A stretch of DNA of 63,770 nucleotides, counting the filler. It is 5 parts of 5 records of this genome, joined end to end, with 100 filler letters (N's around TTAATTAATTAA, not from the genome) between each part and the next. Parts side by side here need not be neighbours in the genome. Positions count along the whole stretch, not along the records: positions 28,671 to 45,126 come from SRR20825019_776; 4 more parts are not named here. One strand, given 5' to 3'. The position numbers were made by a program, and so were the translations under genes. Under the pieces are notes generated by a model. The model had not been told where the DNA came from and made no database searches. It saw only the letters and a program-made list of their open reading frames with translations. This document shows, piece after piece, positions 31,920 to 44,220 of the stretch (positions within the stretch are counted from its first letter, which is position 1; each line of letters begins with the position of its first letter).

Positions 31920-32499
31920 TGACTGATGCGCGGTCATCAGACCGTGTTGCCTGTTCAGTATGGCCGTGTGTTCTCGCGACCGGATGTGCGTCGAGGAACC
32001 ACTCCTGTCAGTGTCTTGTGTCGCTGAGGGGTCGACGTGCTGTGCCCCGACTGCATCCTGCCAGGCAGGTGTTGTATTTCGGACTGTGCGACGTCTAGTC
32101 CAATGCCACCGTGAATACGCACAGTTGATGCTGAAGGCTTCTGCGCAACCAGCCCAGGTGTGGCAGTGACAATCTAAAGATAGATAACGGCCCACACGAG
32201 TGAACTCGAGGTCAGAGACCGTCTGAACTCAAGTTCAGAGACCGGTGAGTCGCTGACCCGAACGGATGTAGTAGGATGGATCAGGGCATATTGAGAAGCC
32301 AAGGGTATCTTTGTGTAAACGTTTCGTTTAAATGGAGGCGGAGGTTGTTCACGCGCTCCCAGCATTCGAAGCCGAGCTCTCAGAGCGATCCTCTTAGTAC
32401 CACCCCGGCAGCCCACTGGAGTGGGGTTCCGCTCACCGGCGTCACCGTACTGTATGCCAGGACGATGCAACTGAACTAAGTATTGACCGATCCACTGAC

Positions 32500-33070
32500 T
32501 AACGTGGGTGACTCGGGGGGCCCGGGCCGCCAGCTCGGTCGCCCCGGCCCCCCCCGGCGGTGTGGGCGCGTCATGGCCGGGGGGCGCGGCACACGCGGTG
32601 GCCGGCCCGCCGCGGGGCACTTTGATGGGCCCGGCCCCGGGCCGCCGCCGGGGCGCCGCTCAGCCGCGCCGGCGCGCCCCGCGGCCGGGGCGGGCCTGCG
32701 GCCCCGCAGTTGAGTGGCTGCGCCGGCCGGGCGCGCCGGGCGGGGCGGCGACCGTCCGACCGGGCCCGGCCCGGGTGACGGGTCCACCGGCTTCAGCTCC
32801 GGGGCCGCGGGGGGCACTCGCTGTTCGGTTAGCGGACTGAGGCACCGTACGGTGGGGAGGGCGCCCCCGGCGCGCCGCCGGGCCCGCCGGCTCTGAGCCC
32901 GGCCAGGGCGGCGCCGGACTGTGCAGCGGGCCCGGCCCGGGCCCGGTTCGGTTCGGGGGCCGGCCCGGGTAGCCCGGCCGGCCGCGGTCAGCCCGGACCG
33001 CCCGGGAGGCGGCACTCGGCACCGCTCACGGGCCACGGCACGGCCAAGAAACCGCGGGCCGTTCCCGTCC
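32500..33070. promoter_or_regulatory. GC-rich island upstream of the aldo-keto reductase gene
   Basis: Same CCGG/GGCC-dense composition as 15085-16250. Confidence 0.5.
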
Positions 33071-33171
33071 GCCCCCCTAAGCTGTCAGCGTCGCCCACTA
33101 GGAATTCCATGCAGTATAAACTAATGAAGTCCACTATAAGGACAAAGTAAGGACAAAGAAATCAGCTTCAC

Positions 33172-34868
33172 ATGAGTGCGTTGCGGCAAGTCAACAGTAG
33201 GTTCCCAAGTATCCTGAACGGGACCCAACGATCGCAGCTTAGTCAACTTAGGCACAGAACGATATCGGCCTTGGGATCTCATGGTACGTTCGCTTTATAA
33301 GTTGTACACTTAGATATGCAGAGTGACTGTTGTGTTCGACTCCAGTGGGCTTGTCTGATGGCCAAATGATGCCACAGCTTGGGTTTGGTGAGTGCAATAC
33401 CGGCGCTGACTTAGTGTAAGAGAGCTTATGTCACACAGGCACGTGGCAGTCTGAACCTGGGGTGGTTGGCGCTGCCGTTCAGGAGGCACTCCAGGCTGGG
33501 TACAGGCATATTGACTGCGCGAAAGTATACCGTAATCAGCCCGAGATTGGAGATGCGTTCTCTGCCGCCCTCAAGGAACATCGCTATGTGAAGCGGGAAG
33601 AGTTGTTTGTTGTCTCGAAGCTGTGGTAAGAGTGTGGTAGCGCCACAGCTCAGGCGAGTGCCTTCGTTTCTAATTTAATTTTCCAGGACAACCGATATGC
33701 ACCCTGATAATGGTGAGATATTTCACTGATGATTTCTTATGTCAGTCGTTGACCCCTCGATACTTCCAGCTCAAAAAGCCATCCACGAGACGCTGAGGGA
33801 CTTGCAGTTAGACTACCTTGACTTGTACCTCATTCACTGGTGCGCCGGTGCCTTGATTATCATAATTGCTTAGTTAATTAAGGTTTCAGGCCTGTTGCGT
33901 GGGAGAACACCGGAAAGTGGGAGGTCGACGATGACTATTATCCGAAGAACGCTCAAAGTGGGATGGCGCGCGAGGTACGGGCGGGCATATGCAGCCATGG
34001 CCGTGTGGGTTAGAGAGTTTTATTGAGAGTGCGAGTGTGCAGGTAGACGTGCCTCTAATGGACACCTGGGGTGCTATGGAGGAGATGGTAAACCAGGTAC
34101 ACACTAAGTTCGTGCAAGATTAGCGCCAGCACGTATTGATCCACCATATTTGTGCAGGGACTTGTCCGTAGTATTGGTGTATGCAACGCCCGCGAGGAGC
34201 ATATTGACGAACTTGTGAACAAGTGTACCAAACACTCGGTAAGGATCTAGTGATGCCGCCCAAGATGATTATTTATGCTGGAGCAGCCTGTTTGCAACCA
34301 GGTGGAGCTTCACGCGATGCTGCAACAACGGGAGCTGAAGAAGTACTGTAGTGACCGGGGGGTCCGGGTGGTGGCTTACTCACCCCTGGGTAGCCGTAAC
34401 AAGTAAGTTCCCTCATATCGCGATTGTGTAGTTCTTATGTTATGGTAGGTACACTCCTCCCGAGATTCCCTCAGTGGTTGACCACCCGCGCATCGTGGAG
34501 ATTGCCGCAAAGGTGCGTGCCGATTGTCAATGTTCCTCTTTCATAGACTAACATGGCACCCTACTCCCCAGGCCGGCATGGCGCCGGCGCAGCTCTTGTT
34601 GACGTGGAATCTGCAGGAAGGCAACGTGGTGCTAAGCAAATCTGTCACGCCATCCCGCATCCAATCAAATGCGGAGGTCAGTACCCAGCCGCTCCGTTGA
34701 AGTCTGACACACAGCATCCTAACTATCACTTGCTGCACGCAGCTGGAGATCGGTGTTCTGTCCGACGAGATCATGACTGAAATACGCGAGTTCGGAGATG
34801 CTAATCCTCTCAGAATTCTCAATCCGGACTGGTTTTATGCAGCTGGTGGAAAGTTTTTCCCGGAATAG
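33172..34868 (+). CDS. Aldo-keto reductase with probable mitochondrial presequence, 11 introns
   Basis: Largely missed by the ORF track. Manual splicing gives [11 protein letters not shown]...[63 protein letters not shown]. The D-Y-K-H tetrad is intact. Confidence 0.88.
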
Positions 34869-34920
34869 ATTGATTCGTATCAATGGTTACGCGCCTAAGC
34901 CAACGGCAAATCTGTCTCCT

Positions 34921-36584
34921 TTATACCGAGCCACCGGTCAACATTCCTCGCCAATTCGCACAGGAATCGCGGGTGCAATTGGGGCACCGAAGCGATAGGT
35001 GTTTCACAGAATCAGACAGACAAGATCCTGTTATCACAGCTGTTAGCATTGCCGATGGGTCTCGTTTCAACGTACCATCCTTCTTCAGATGTGCGCTCAC
35101 GATGTCTGCAAGTGCATCAATGAACATGGGGTCATCGTTCAAAGATTCAGACCGCTTCAGCCCGGTCATTCCTTTCTGCAATGGAGTATTGGCATTCAGC
35201 CCCCTCAAAACGTTCACCATGAACAACGCTACCTCCCGGCCCATCTTGATGTATTCCTGATCCAATTCGAAAAGAGTTTCGATGTGGTCTGATGTGAACG
35301 CTATAGGCACCAAAACCGCGTTCTTCACGCCGCGCTCGGCCATATTGTTCACTGCATCCTCAGTAGAAGGCCCAAGCCACGGCTGCGGCCCAACCTACAC
35401 AAGTCGCGCTTCAGGATCTCCCCCGATGTGCATCGCGCCTACCGTCCTCACCTTGGACTGCCAAACGAGGCGATAAGGGTTATTCACTCCCAATTCCTTC
35501 ATGACTGCAGTGACAGATGACGCCACCTCCTACGCAACCAAAATCCCCGTAAGTGTCCAGCCACGAACCCGTCCGCACTCTCATACTATCGGATACGGGT
35601 CCCCCCTGTTCACAGCCTTCAGCGGCAGTGAGTGTGCACTAAACAGGAGCACAACATCATCACGCTCCGCTGCATCGTAGGTTTCAAGGGTAGCCTCTAT
35701 ATGTTTCGCTACAGTCTAGCAGGCTGTCCGTCAAAACCAGCTTGGTGCCCGCACCGTCCCTCGGCCTACCTTGATAAAACCAGGGTGATCGAACCACCGA
35801 TCAATGATGCTCCACTCAAACTGCTGTGACACATCACCCGCCTTGAATATGGCGTTGAGACTGCTCCCCGTAGTAGCACACGAGTACTGTGGGTACTGGG
35901 TAAATGCCACTGCCCGTTTCACGCCATCCTTCTCCATCTCAGCCAGTGCATCCTCTGTCAATGGAGTGGCATATCGGAAGCCAATATAAAACTTGTGCGG
36001 TGCTATTGAGATGAATCAGCCCCGCTAACTGACGGAACTGTCGATCGAACTCACCAGTGGCCGGGGATAACTCATCTAACTTCTGTACGAGCGCCTCGCC
36101 CTGCTTCTCAGTCCACGATCTTTTCGTAAGCAAATTAAAACAAGTAATGCGTCGGGCGTATGTACAGCCTGTGCATACCGAATAGGTGAGCCTCCGCCAA
36201 TAGCATTGTACTGATCAACAATCATAGGACTTCTGCGCCGCGCAATCCACGGGGCTGAGTACCTCTGAAAAGGAATGGGGATCAAATCCCTACGGTTTTC
36301 ATAAGCGACAATAGTGTGAAGATTCGTGGTAGAAAGTACCTATCTGAAAAGAGCCGGTGAAGAAATGGATACACGTCGTCCGTGGTCTCGGGACCACCCA
36401 GGTTCATCATTAGTATCGCCGTGGGACTGGCATTAATGTCACGCCAAATAACTGAAGCAGTCCAACTTAATTATACTTACGACGAGTCTGTGTGGCTGCT
36501 TCGTTGTGCACCCGCGCAGAAAACGGGGCGGGCGACTGCTGAGGAGGCTACTCTCCGCTGAACCCTGTTTGCTAGTCGGAGCAT
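34921..36584 (-). CDS. FECH: Mitochondrial protoporphyrin ferrochelatase, multi-exon
   Basis: Spliced product contains [65 protein letters not shown] and C-terminal CPNCTRDSC. Confidence 0.92.
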
Positions 36585-37040
36585 ATTGGTGTGTTTACAG
36601 CTTCCTTGAGCTGTAAGCCATTTTATAAACGGATCGCCCGATTCGTTCGTGGTGCGACCTCCGCAGGCTGCCGGCCGGCGCTTAGCCAAGCCGGCATCAC
36701 ACTGGGGCCGACGCGGCCCCGGGCGAATGAGCTCGGACCGACGGCGTTGCTTGACAGTCAGGTGCCGGTGCGGGCGCTCAGGCTGCGACAGTCACCTTGG
36801 TAATGAAGTCACCGTTGCCGTTGAGTTGTCTGCCGGCGGCGCCCCGCGAGCGTGGGACGGCCGGCGCCCCCCCGGGGCACGGCACTGCTCCGACTGACTA
36901 ATAATAATTAAGACCTGACCGCTGCGGGCCTTCGGCCTTTCGAGTGCGACCGGCGACCTCCCCAATCAATTCCGCCCTAAATGTAGAAATGTGACCATTC
37001 GGAATAGGATGTTTAATTTCCGCTCTAATCATATATATAA

Positions 37041-40000
37041 TCAGAACGATTTGGGGTCCTGCAACAACTTCCTTGCGGCAACCACTGCTGACCAGCCCCA
37101 TCGCACCAGGATGCTTTCAGAAAGCACCTCGGTGCAGCTCCAATCTCTCAATGCCCCTTTCAGTTCAGAAGTAGCCTTCTCCAGCACTGCATGCGGCTCG
37201 ATAAGACCCAAGGCTAACGCGCATGCCTCCAGCGCACCCGGAAACGTCGCAACTTTCGTGAGGAACCGTAGCCTTAGGATGTGAATTCTCATTGTGCCGG
37301 GCGCCAGGCCGGCCTGAATAGAATTCCGCAGGGCATTAGTGTACTTCACGCAGACACCAGCCATGCTACCATAGTCATCAACTGATACCGCCATGTAATC
37401 TGCTTCAGCCTGAAGAGCCAAAACCTCACTGTCTCTGTACATGATATACCTGCCCTGCAACGCGTGCTCATCTAGGATGGACAGAACTTTCTTCAGTCCG
37501 TTCAGATTGCCGCATATGCACTCCACGAAGCCCAGGTTCAGAAGCGCTTCTCCCTGGAATGTTTTGTGGTGTGCGGGACCAACCACTATATCGCGCAAAA
37601 ATTCAAGATCGTCATCGGACAATGATCCCTCAGTAAGGAATTGTAAAAATAAGCCACTGGGTAACCCCATCCGCATTATCATGGGATGTTGTTCTATCGA
37701 GCCATGGATTCGCAGGAGGGGCATATAAGTATTAAAGCTGAGTGAGCATCCGATGCGAGATGCCGTCTATGTCGCGGCGAGGTGAGAATATAGTCAAGCA
37801 AAGTATATCCCCACCCCATACTTACAATCAACTGCCCACTCACAAACTGGAGGAAGCCTTGTGTCCGTAGCATCTGCGCGTTGACATGATCACCAAGGAA
37901 AGTGCGCATAAATTTTTCAGTAATATCTTTGACAAGTTTTCGTGCCAAGCGCAGATCTCCGTACTCATTGAATAGGCCCAATGGCAAAAGCGAATGTCCT
38001 CGAGGACCAACAATGTTATCAGGAATGCTGAATGCATTGGGGTTCATGGCATATGCCGCCTCGATATCCATAATCTTGTTGAACATGATATCCCTTTGTT
38101 CAGATGTTAGAGGAGCACATCCACCGTTGGTGTGTAGGAAACAGTACGTCAGCAAGCACACAGCTGCGCTAGGAAGATGATCACAAGTGACAAAGTAGTC
38201 CCATACCCAAGTTTCAATCTCTGACGCAAATCCTGTCCAATCCTTTTCAGATATCAACCGGTGGGCCATGCTCATGGCCTCCATGGCTTGGCTGTGGATT
38301 TCATTCTTGGCTTCTTCCCTTTTCGGCAGGATAGGAGCCATTTTTGCCTCACGCTCTATCAGGAAATTCCGCAACCTCCACGTGCTGCTCTGGGGGCCGT
38401 GGCCTTCAATAATGAAAAAGAACGTCTTGATGCGGTGCCCCACTACTACTTCTTTCTGCAACCATTCCACCCATACATCCTTATTGTCCTTTCGTGCCTC
38501 ATAGCCATTCTCAACATGGAACAACCGTATCGCATCGTAAAACATCCGCCTGCAGAGCGATGGTTGTGTCCTGCTCATCGCCAGCATATTAGCTAGTTCC
38601 ATCATTTCATTGGGTATGGCACCCTTGAAAACAGCAAGCTCCTTAGCTCCCCATTTTGATGCGATTTGCAACTCTTTTAGGAAAGATACCTTCCTTGCCT
38701 CATCATTTTCCATTCGCGCCGCCTTTAGAGCACCCGAGACCCTGGCAATTTCTGTGAAAGACATGTCATGTGTTACCGTTCCAATCGACTCAATATCCAT
38801 TATAGCATTGGCGATGTCGTCAGACAAATTCCCTTGAGCGAACGAGACCCCTATCATTGTACACACTTGTGTGAACATATATTGCTGGTCCACCATCGCT
38901 CGTAGTTCATCTCCAGACCTACAATCAAGGCCATCCCCGCGTATGAATTTTGCATTAAGTTCTTCATAAACTTCAGCCCAGGTTCCGACCTTTTTGGACA
39001 CAAAAATGTCACGGAGGAAGGATTGAACAAGGCATACGTAGCTATGAGACAGCGATAAGCCCTTCAGCTTGCGAAGGTGCTTATTCATGATAGACTTTGC
39101 GAGTATCTTCGCCGCTCTTGCTGCCATGTCTGAAAGTGCCCGCCGCCGCCAGAACTGGGAGCTCAGCCGGGAGTAAACGCACTTCATGAAGCGAACGTTG
39201 CATCCGTACGAGTGCATCATGTCACTGATACCTAGAGGGATATCGCTATCATGCATATCGATCGTCGTGGCAATTCTGGGCACAACCTCCTCAAGGAGCT
39301 GTGCCGCACACGCCGACACATCATTCCTGCTCTGCGCAGCCTCTTCTGCTGGAGAATCATCCCAAGCCGAGAATGCATCGCTGCACAGAGGAACGGAATT
39401 GACCATGACGAGCTCCGGACGAAGCAGCTTCGACATGCATTCGCCAATGGCCTGCTTCGTGTTCTCCACAGGAGGCTCGCACGGCATTAGTCTGGCCACA
39501 TCTAGCAGGTAATACACGTTCTCTTCGTCAAGACTGCGGTGCACCTCCTTCACAATGCATATGTCAGTTATCCTGCACTCCATCAATGCACAAATCTGGT
39601 CCTACCGCATCGCCACAGAGATGCATGGTCTTGTCCCCAACACGGTGAGGCTTGAGGTTTAAATATGCTCCAATGTTCGTAACGGCACTCGTCACGTCCG
39701 GAACCTCATCCCGAATAGTTTTCCCGCCGTCTGCAGAGCCATATACGAGTGTCGTATCTCCTGCAACTGGCAAGCGTGAGAGTGCCAGCATACTCATCCC
39801 ATGGCAGTCAACAACGCATGCCAAAGGCACGCGAATCCTGTAATCCTTCCCGTATGTGCTGAGAATATCCAAACCGATGAGGTCCGCTCGGGCTGCCTTG
39901 GCCGCGGCAAGATCGCTCCCATAGATACCGTGAACATCTGTGGCAAACTTGAAGAACATACCGGCACAGATGAATTTTTCCCCGCCTGCTATGCCGCCTA

Positions 40001-41010
40001 ACGAAGCTGGCTTGATGGACTTGTGCTTGTACGGTGTGGCATACTCCGCTACAATTACTCTTGCGTACATTGTCGCTGCGTGTGTAAACGACTTTGTGAG
40101 GTTGCTCAGCTCCACAAGGGCGTCGGGATCCTCAGAATTTTCTCGCAGACGGGAGTATTGCCTGGACGCGAAGATCAATAATTCGCAGGATCAGGCGCTG
40201 TTGTAGGAGGTATGATGAAATGCAGTCAGCTCACCTTGTCCAGTAGTACTCATCAATATGACTAGACTCATCCGTCCAGCTAGGGTCGGTCAACTGCATG
40301 TACAAGGAATCTGGAAACAGCTATGAGATGTTGCAAGTGCCACCAAGCCCTTTGTTGTTTGGCTTGGGCCAGTGATCCTACCTGTCCGTAGAAGGGTCAC
40401 ATTGGATGCTTCCCTTTCCGACAATGCCGGCGCACCATATTTCTTGCTGTGTTCCTCCTTCTTTGACTGGCTCGCCTCGTAACTCTTGAGCATACCACTA
40501 TATGACTCCCTGAAATTCGGGAGAACTGTCCACAGGACTGCAATCACAAAACGGCACATGGTTTCGTCGGCTTCGTCCATGTAACTTCTGAGTATTGTAT
40601 CGAGTTGAGCCCGGGTGAACCTGAAAAGAAGAATCAATGAATCTGCGTGTATGTGTATTGCTGCGGAATTTAAGAAATCACTTGCACCTACCCATCTTGT
40701 TGTTGCAAAAGTGGCGCTCGGCCTCTTGCCAAGGACGCAACCGTCTCTTCTAGAAGGTGTGCTCGCTCAGAAAACAACTCCGCAAGCCCATGGGTTATGT
40801 GAGGTTTGGAGTCTGCAATGAGCGTTACGGCATTAGGGTGATGGTATCGCAGGTGAAGGGATGTATCATACCGACTGAACTAGTAGTTGTGCCTAGGCCA
40901 CACGTGCTCCCACCGCTATCCGAGTCACTGCCTTCACCCTCGCGCAGCTCAAAGGACTTTCCTGTCCCACTTCCGTCAACAAACCACAGGCGAACCGCGC
41001 TATCCACCAT
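37041..41010 (-). CDS. Clu-domain (clustered mitochondria family) protein, about 7 exons
   Basis: GGIAGGEKFI...FFKFA, HLCGDA|EVHRS...YYLLDVARLMP (intron 39548-39605), LLRPELV, MHSYGCNVRF, MAARAAK. GT-AG introns join the ORF pieces in frame. Confidence 0.8.
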
Positions 41011-41673
41011 GTTGGTCCACCTAATCAGTTATTTATCGGTGTACACACCTGAGTACTGACATATTTTAGTCTTCAGCGTGTGCAAGCGCGCCGGCGGGCG
41101 TGAATGGGGAGAGTTCATTCACGGTTGGGACGGTCCACTGGCTCGGACCGTGAGTGTGAGCCGAGCGCGGCCGGCGGCCCGCCACTGATGACCGTCCGGC
41201 CGGCGGTCCCGGACGTGACGGTGAGTGAGCGCCGGCGGGCCCCGCCGGCGCCCCCCGGGCCCGCCCGCTCACTGGCTGGTCCGGTCGTGGCCGGGCCGGG
41301 GCCCGCCTGCCCCACTGACAGTTCCGTCACAAGCCGGTCAGTCGCCCGGCCCGGCCCGAGTGCGGCCCTGCGACCGTGGCCATCCCGTCCGAGGTCACTC
41401 GGCCATGCAAATGCTATTCCGGGGTCATAATATGGGTTCATCATTCACTTTTAGTTAAGTAGCTCCGAGTGAGGGACCACATCACGCTTATGACGTGGGT
41501 GGTTCCTTCTCACAATGAAAGCTCAAGACCCTGTCGAGTCTGAGTATTGACAGGTGTCGGTAGCCATTGGTAAAACGGCTAGCAGTCATGACGGGTGCGT
41601 GATGAAGTCGGACCAGAACGTCCCTCCACGGCCCCCTACGAAATAAGTAAACTGACTATGCAGTTAAACTCAC

Positions 41674-42882
41674 TTAAACCGAAGCTGTCGCAACAAATCT
41701 GACGAATCCTAGACAAGCTATGGCCACTAGACAGAATGTCACCAATTTTCGATTCAAAGCGTCAGACTCTGTCATTTCAGTAACCTCCTTGACCTCAGAG
41801 TTCAGGTCTGGCGCTTTCTCCTCAGTGTCGAGTTCCTTGTTACCCGCTTCCTTGTCACCCGCGTCATTGTCATCCGCTTCAGAAGGTATTGGCCCGCTAG
41901 AGTTCTTGCTCTTGTTGTGCATGGGGAGAACCGGCAGCAAATTTTTGCTCGGTTGAGAGTCGGCAAACCATCCATACATGGATATTCCTGCCAGAGCAAC
42001 ACTAAAACCAACGACGGTAAGAAATGACATGCTCTCACCAAAGAGCACCGTCCCAAGAGCCACTACTAGCACTGTCTTGACATGGCCCACGGTGTTGTAG
42101 AACGTGGCGGACAACAACTTAATGCACTCTGGCACGGACACATTGATCAGGGTAGCCAGCAGACACGTGACCAGTAGATCCAAGTATGCCAAGGAACTGG
42201 AACCGTCCGTGAAACCCATAAGTTCACTCTTTGCATTTCCAAAGGACCATATCCTCTCTACACATAGCATCAAGATGCTGATTGGAAGTACCTCCTTCAT
42301 CAACTGGGCGCCCCCGATATTAAAGTTTGTGCAAATGTAGCGATTAATCACCTGTCCCCCTGAGACACAAATCATGGAGAGTACTCCCGCCACAGTACCC
42401 GTAAAAGAGAGAACTGGTATAGTATCGATTGAAGCAACGAGCACACCAAACATTACAACAGCCATGGCACCCATACGGTCCCTGCCCATGTGGGTCCAGC
42501 CAAGAGCGACTTCTATTATTGCTGTGGAGACCATCGGCCCCAGTTTGAACAGCTGGAAGGTTGCAGTCGTATTCAAGGCCAAGGAAACGTGCGACATTGG
42601 GACTTGCCACCCAAGAAAAAATGATGCCGTAAGAAGAAGACCTTTTTTCGACATGAATGTTCCATTGTTTGTCGTTGGAGGGGGTGTATCACTTGTTGGG
42701 GAAGTTGGTGCTGCTTTCTTAGAATCCTGGATACGAGTTACTAGAAGGGTGACAATGTAGTGCAGGAGTGTCAGCGAGACCGCACTTATATTTGAGCGTG
42801 AAAATATTGATTTGCACAGTAGCACTATTGCCACGGAACACACAACATTGAGGAAAAACCAGGAGTGCCCTACAGAGAGCAT
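41674..42882 (-). CDS. Nucleotide-sugar / triose-phosphate transporter family (DMT/SLC35) protein
   Basis: SLALN...FQLFKL and SATFYNTVGHVKTVLVVALG motifs, about 10 TM segments, no introns. Confidence 0.8.
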   Translation of the reverse strand: MLSVGHSWFFLNVVCSVAIVLLCKSIFSRSNISAVSLTLLHYIVTLLVTRIQDSKKAAPTSPTSDTPPPTTNNGTFMSKKGLLLTASFFLGWQVPMSHVSLALNTTATFQLFKLGPMVSTAIIEVALGWTHMGRDRMGAMAVVMFGVLVASIDTIPVLSFTGTVAGVLSMICVSGGQVINRYICTNFNIGGAQLMKEVLPISILMLCVERIWSFGNAKSELMGFTDGSSSLAYLDLLVTCLLATLINVSVPECIKLLSATFYNTVGHVKTVLVVALGTVLFGESMSFLTVVGFSVALAGISMYGWFADSQPSKNLLPVLPMHNKSKNSSGPIPSEADDNDAGDKEAGNKELDTEEKAPDLNSEVKEVTEMTESDALNRKLVTFCLVAIACLGFVRFVATASV

Positions 42883-43019
42883 GGTCGCGATTGCTCACCA
42901 CCCAGGTCACCGGGCATATGTGTCCTTTCCCTCTCCCTCGCGGTAAGCGTAACACAGCTTTACGATTGCTAAAAGGAATACCGTGCATATTTCATAATTT
43001 TCGCAAGTCCACCCTGACC

Positions 43020-44220
43020 CTTACCGGCCGGTGTACGGAGATTCGATCAGCAGCCAGCAAACAGGCCCGCGCCTGAGCCGTCGGGCCTATGAGTCCGTGT
43101 GGAGACGGTCCGCATGGCTTTCGGGCAAAGTCGGGGCCTAGGGGGGGTGGCGGCGCCCGCTCACCGGCACCGCCGATCGGGGCCGGCCGGCGGGGGCCCG
43201 AGCCGGCGGAGCCGGCCCCGCGGGCGGCCGGGCCGCCGTGCCACTCGTCACTGCGCCGGCTGGCCCCGGCCCGGGGGGGCCGGCCCCCGCCGGCCGCGCT
43301 CAGTGAGGGGAGCGGCGCCACCACCGGGCGCGCCGGGGCCGCGGCCAAGAGTCGGCAGTTCCGTGAACCGGGCGGGCGCGACGGCGGCCGCCCGGGCCCT
43401 AGAGGCGCCGGGGCCGGCACTGACCGGTGACCTGCCGGCCCGGGAGCCGCCGCGGGCCGGGCCGCTCCGGCGGCAGGGCCCGCTCCGACTCCGCCGCGGC
43501 CCGCCTTGAGTGCGGGCGGGCCCGCTCCCGGCGAGCGGCCGTCGTGGCCGCCGCGGCCGCCCGCCCCGAACCCGACCGGCCGGGCCGGCCGCCACGGGGC
43601 GCCGGGGCCCGCGGCCGGCACGCCGCTGCTCGGCCCGGGGTCCGGTCAGCCGGCCACCGGCACCGCGCGCCGGCCCAGGCGCCGACTCGTGACGGCGGGG
43701 CCCGATTACCTCGAGGTTGAACAGTGGCAGGCCCACCCGCCGCCCCACGTGTGCCATGCACTCTGCCAGCTGCTGATGCCGAGCCGGCTATCCGGGCCGG
43801 CCACCCCCGTCGACCTGACCCGGCGACCGGGGCCGGACGGGCCCGGGACGCAGTTCGGAATTGATCCGTGATCACTGAACTCAGTGAACGGACTGCAAAC
43901 ACTCAGCACAAGCAGTGACAAACCGGAACAAATGAAACTTCCCTCACTTGCCGTGCCGGTGAGCCGAGGCCGAGCCGAGCGGAAAGACGCTACCCCGGCC
44001 GGGGCCGGGCCGGGGCCGGTCGCAGCGGCACCGGCGGGCACCCGGCCCCGGCCGGTACTCGCCTGCCGGGGATTGGCCAGGGCGGCTCAGCCACACTGCC
44101 GCTGCCCGGACCGTTCGGACCGGGCGGGCCGTCCGGCTGGCCACGGCGCGGGACCGGGCCGCCAGTACGGCCGCTTGAATGGCTTAAGACTCGGGCCGCC
44201 AGTACCGCCGCGCCTAGAAC
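43020..44220. promoter_or_regulatory. GC-rich island upstream of the transporter gene
   Basis: Same CCGG/GGCC-dense composition with CAGT/ACTG/GAGTC words. Confidence 0.5.
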
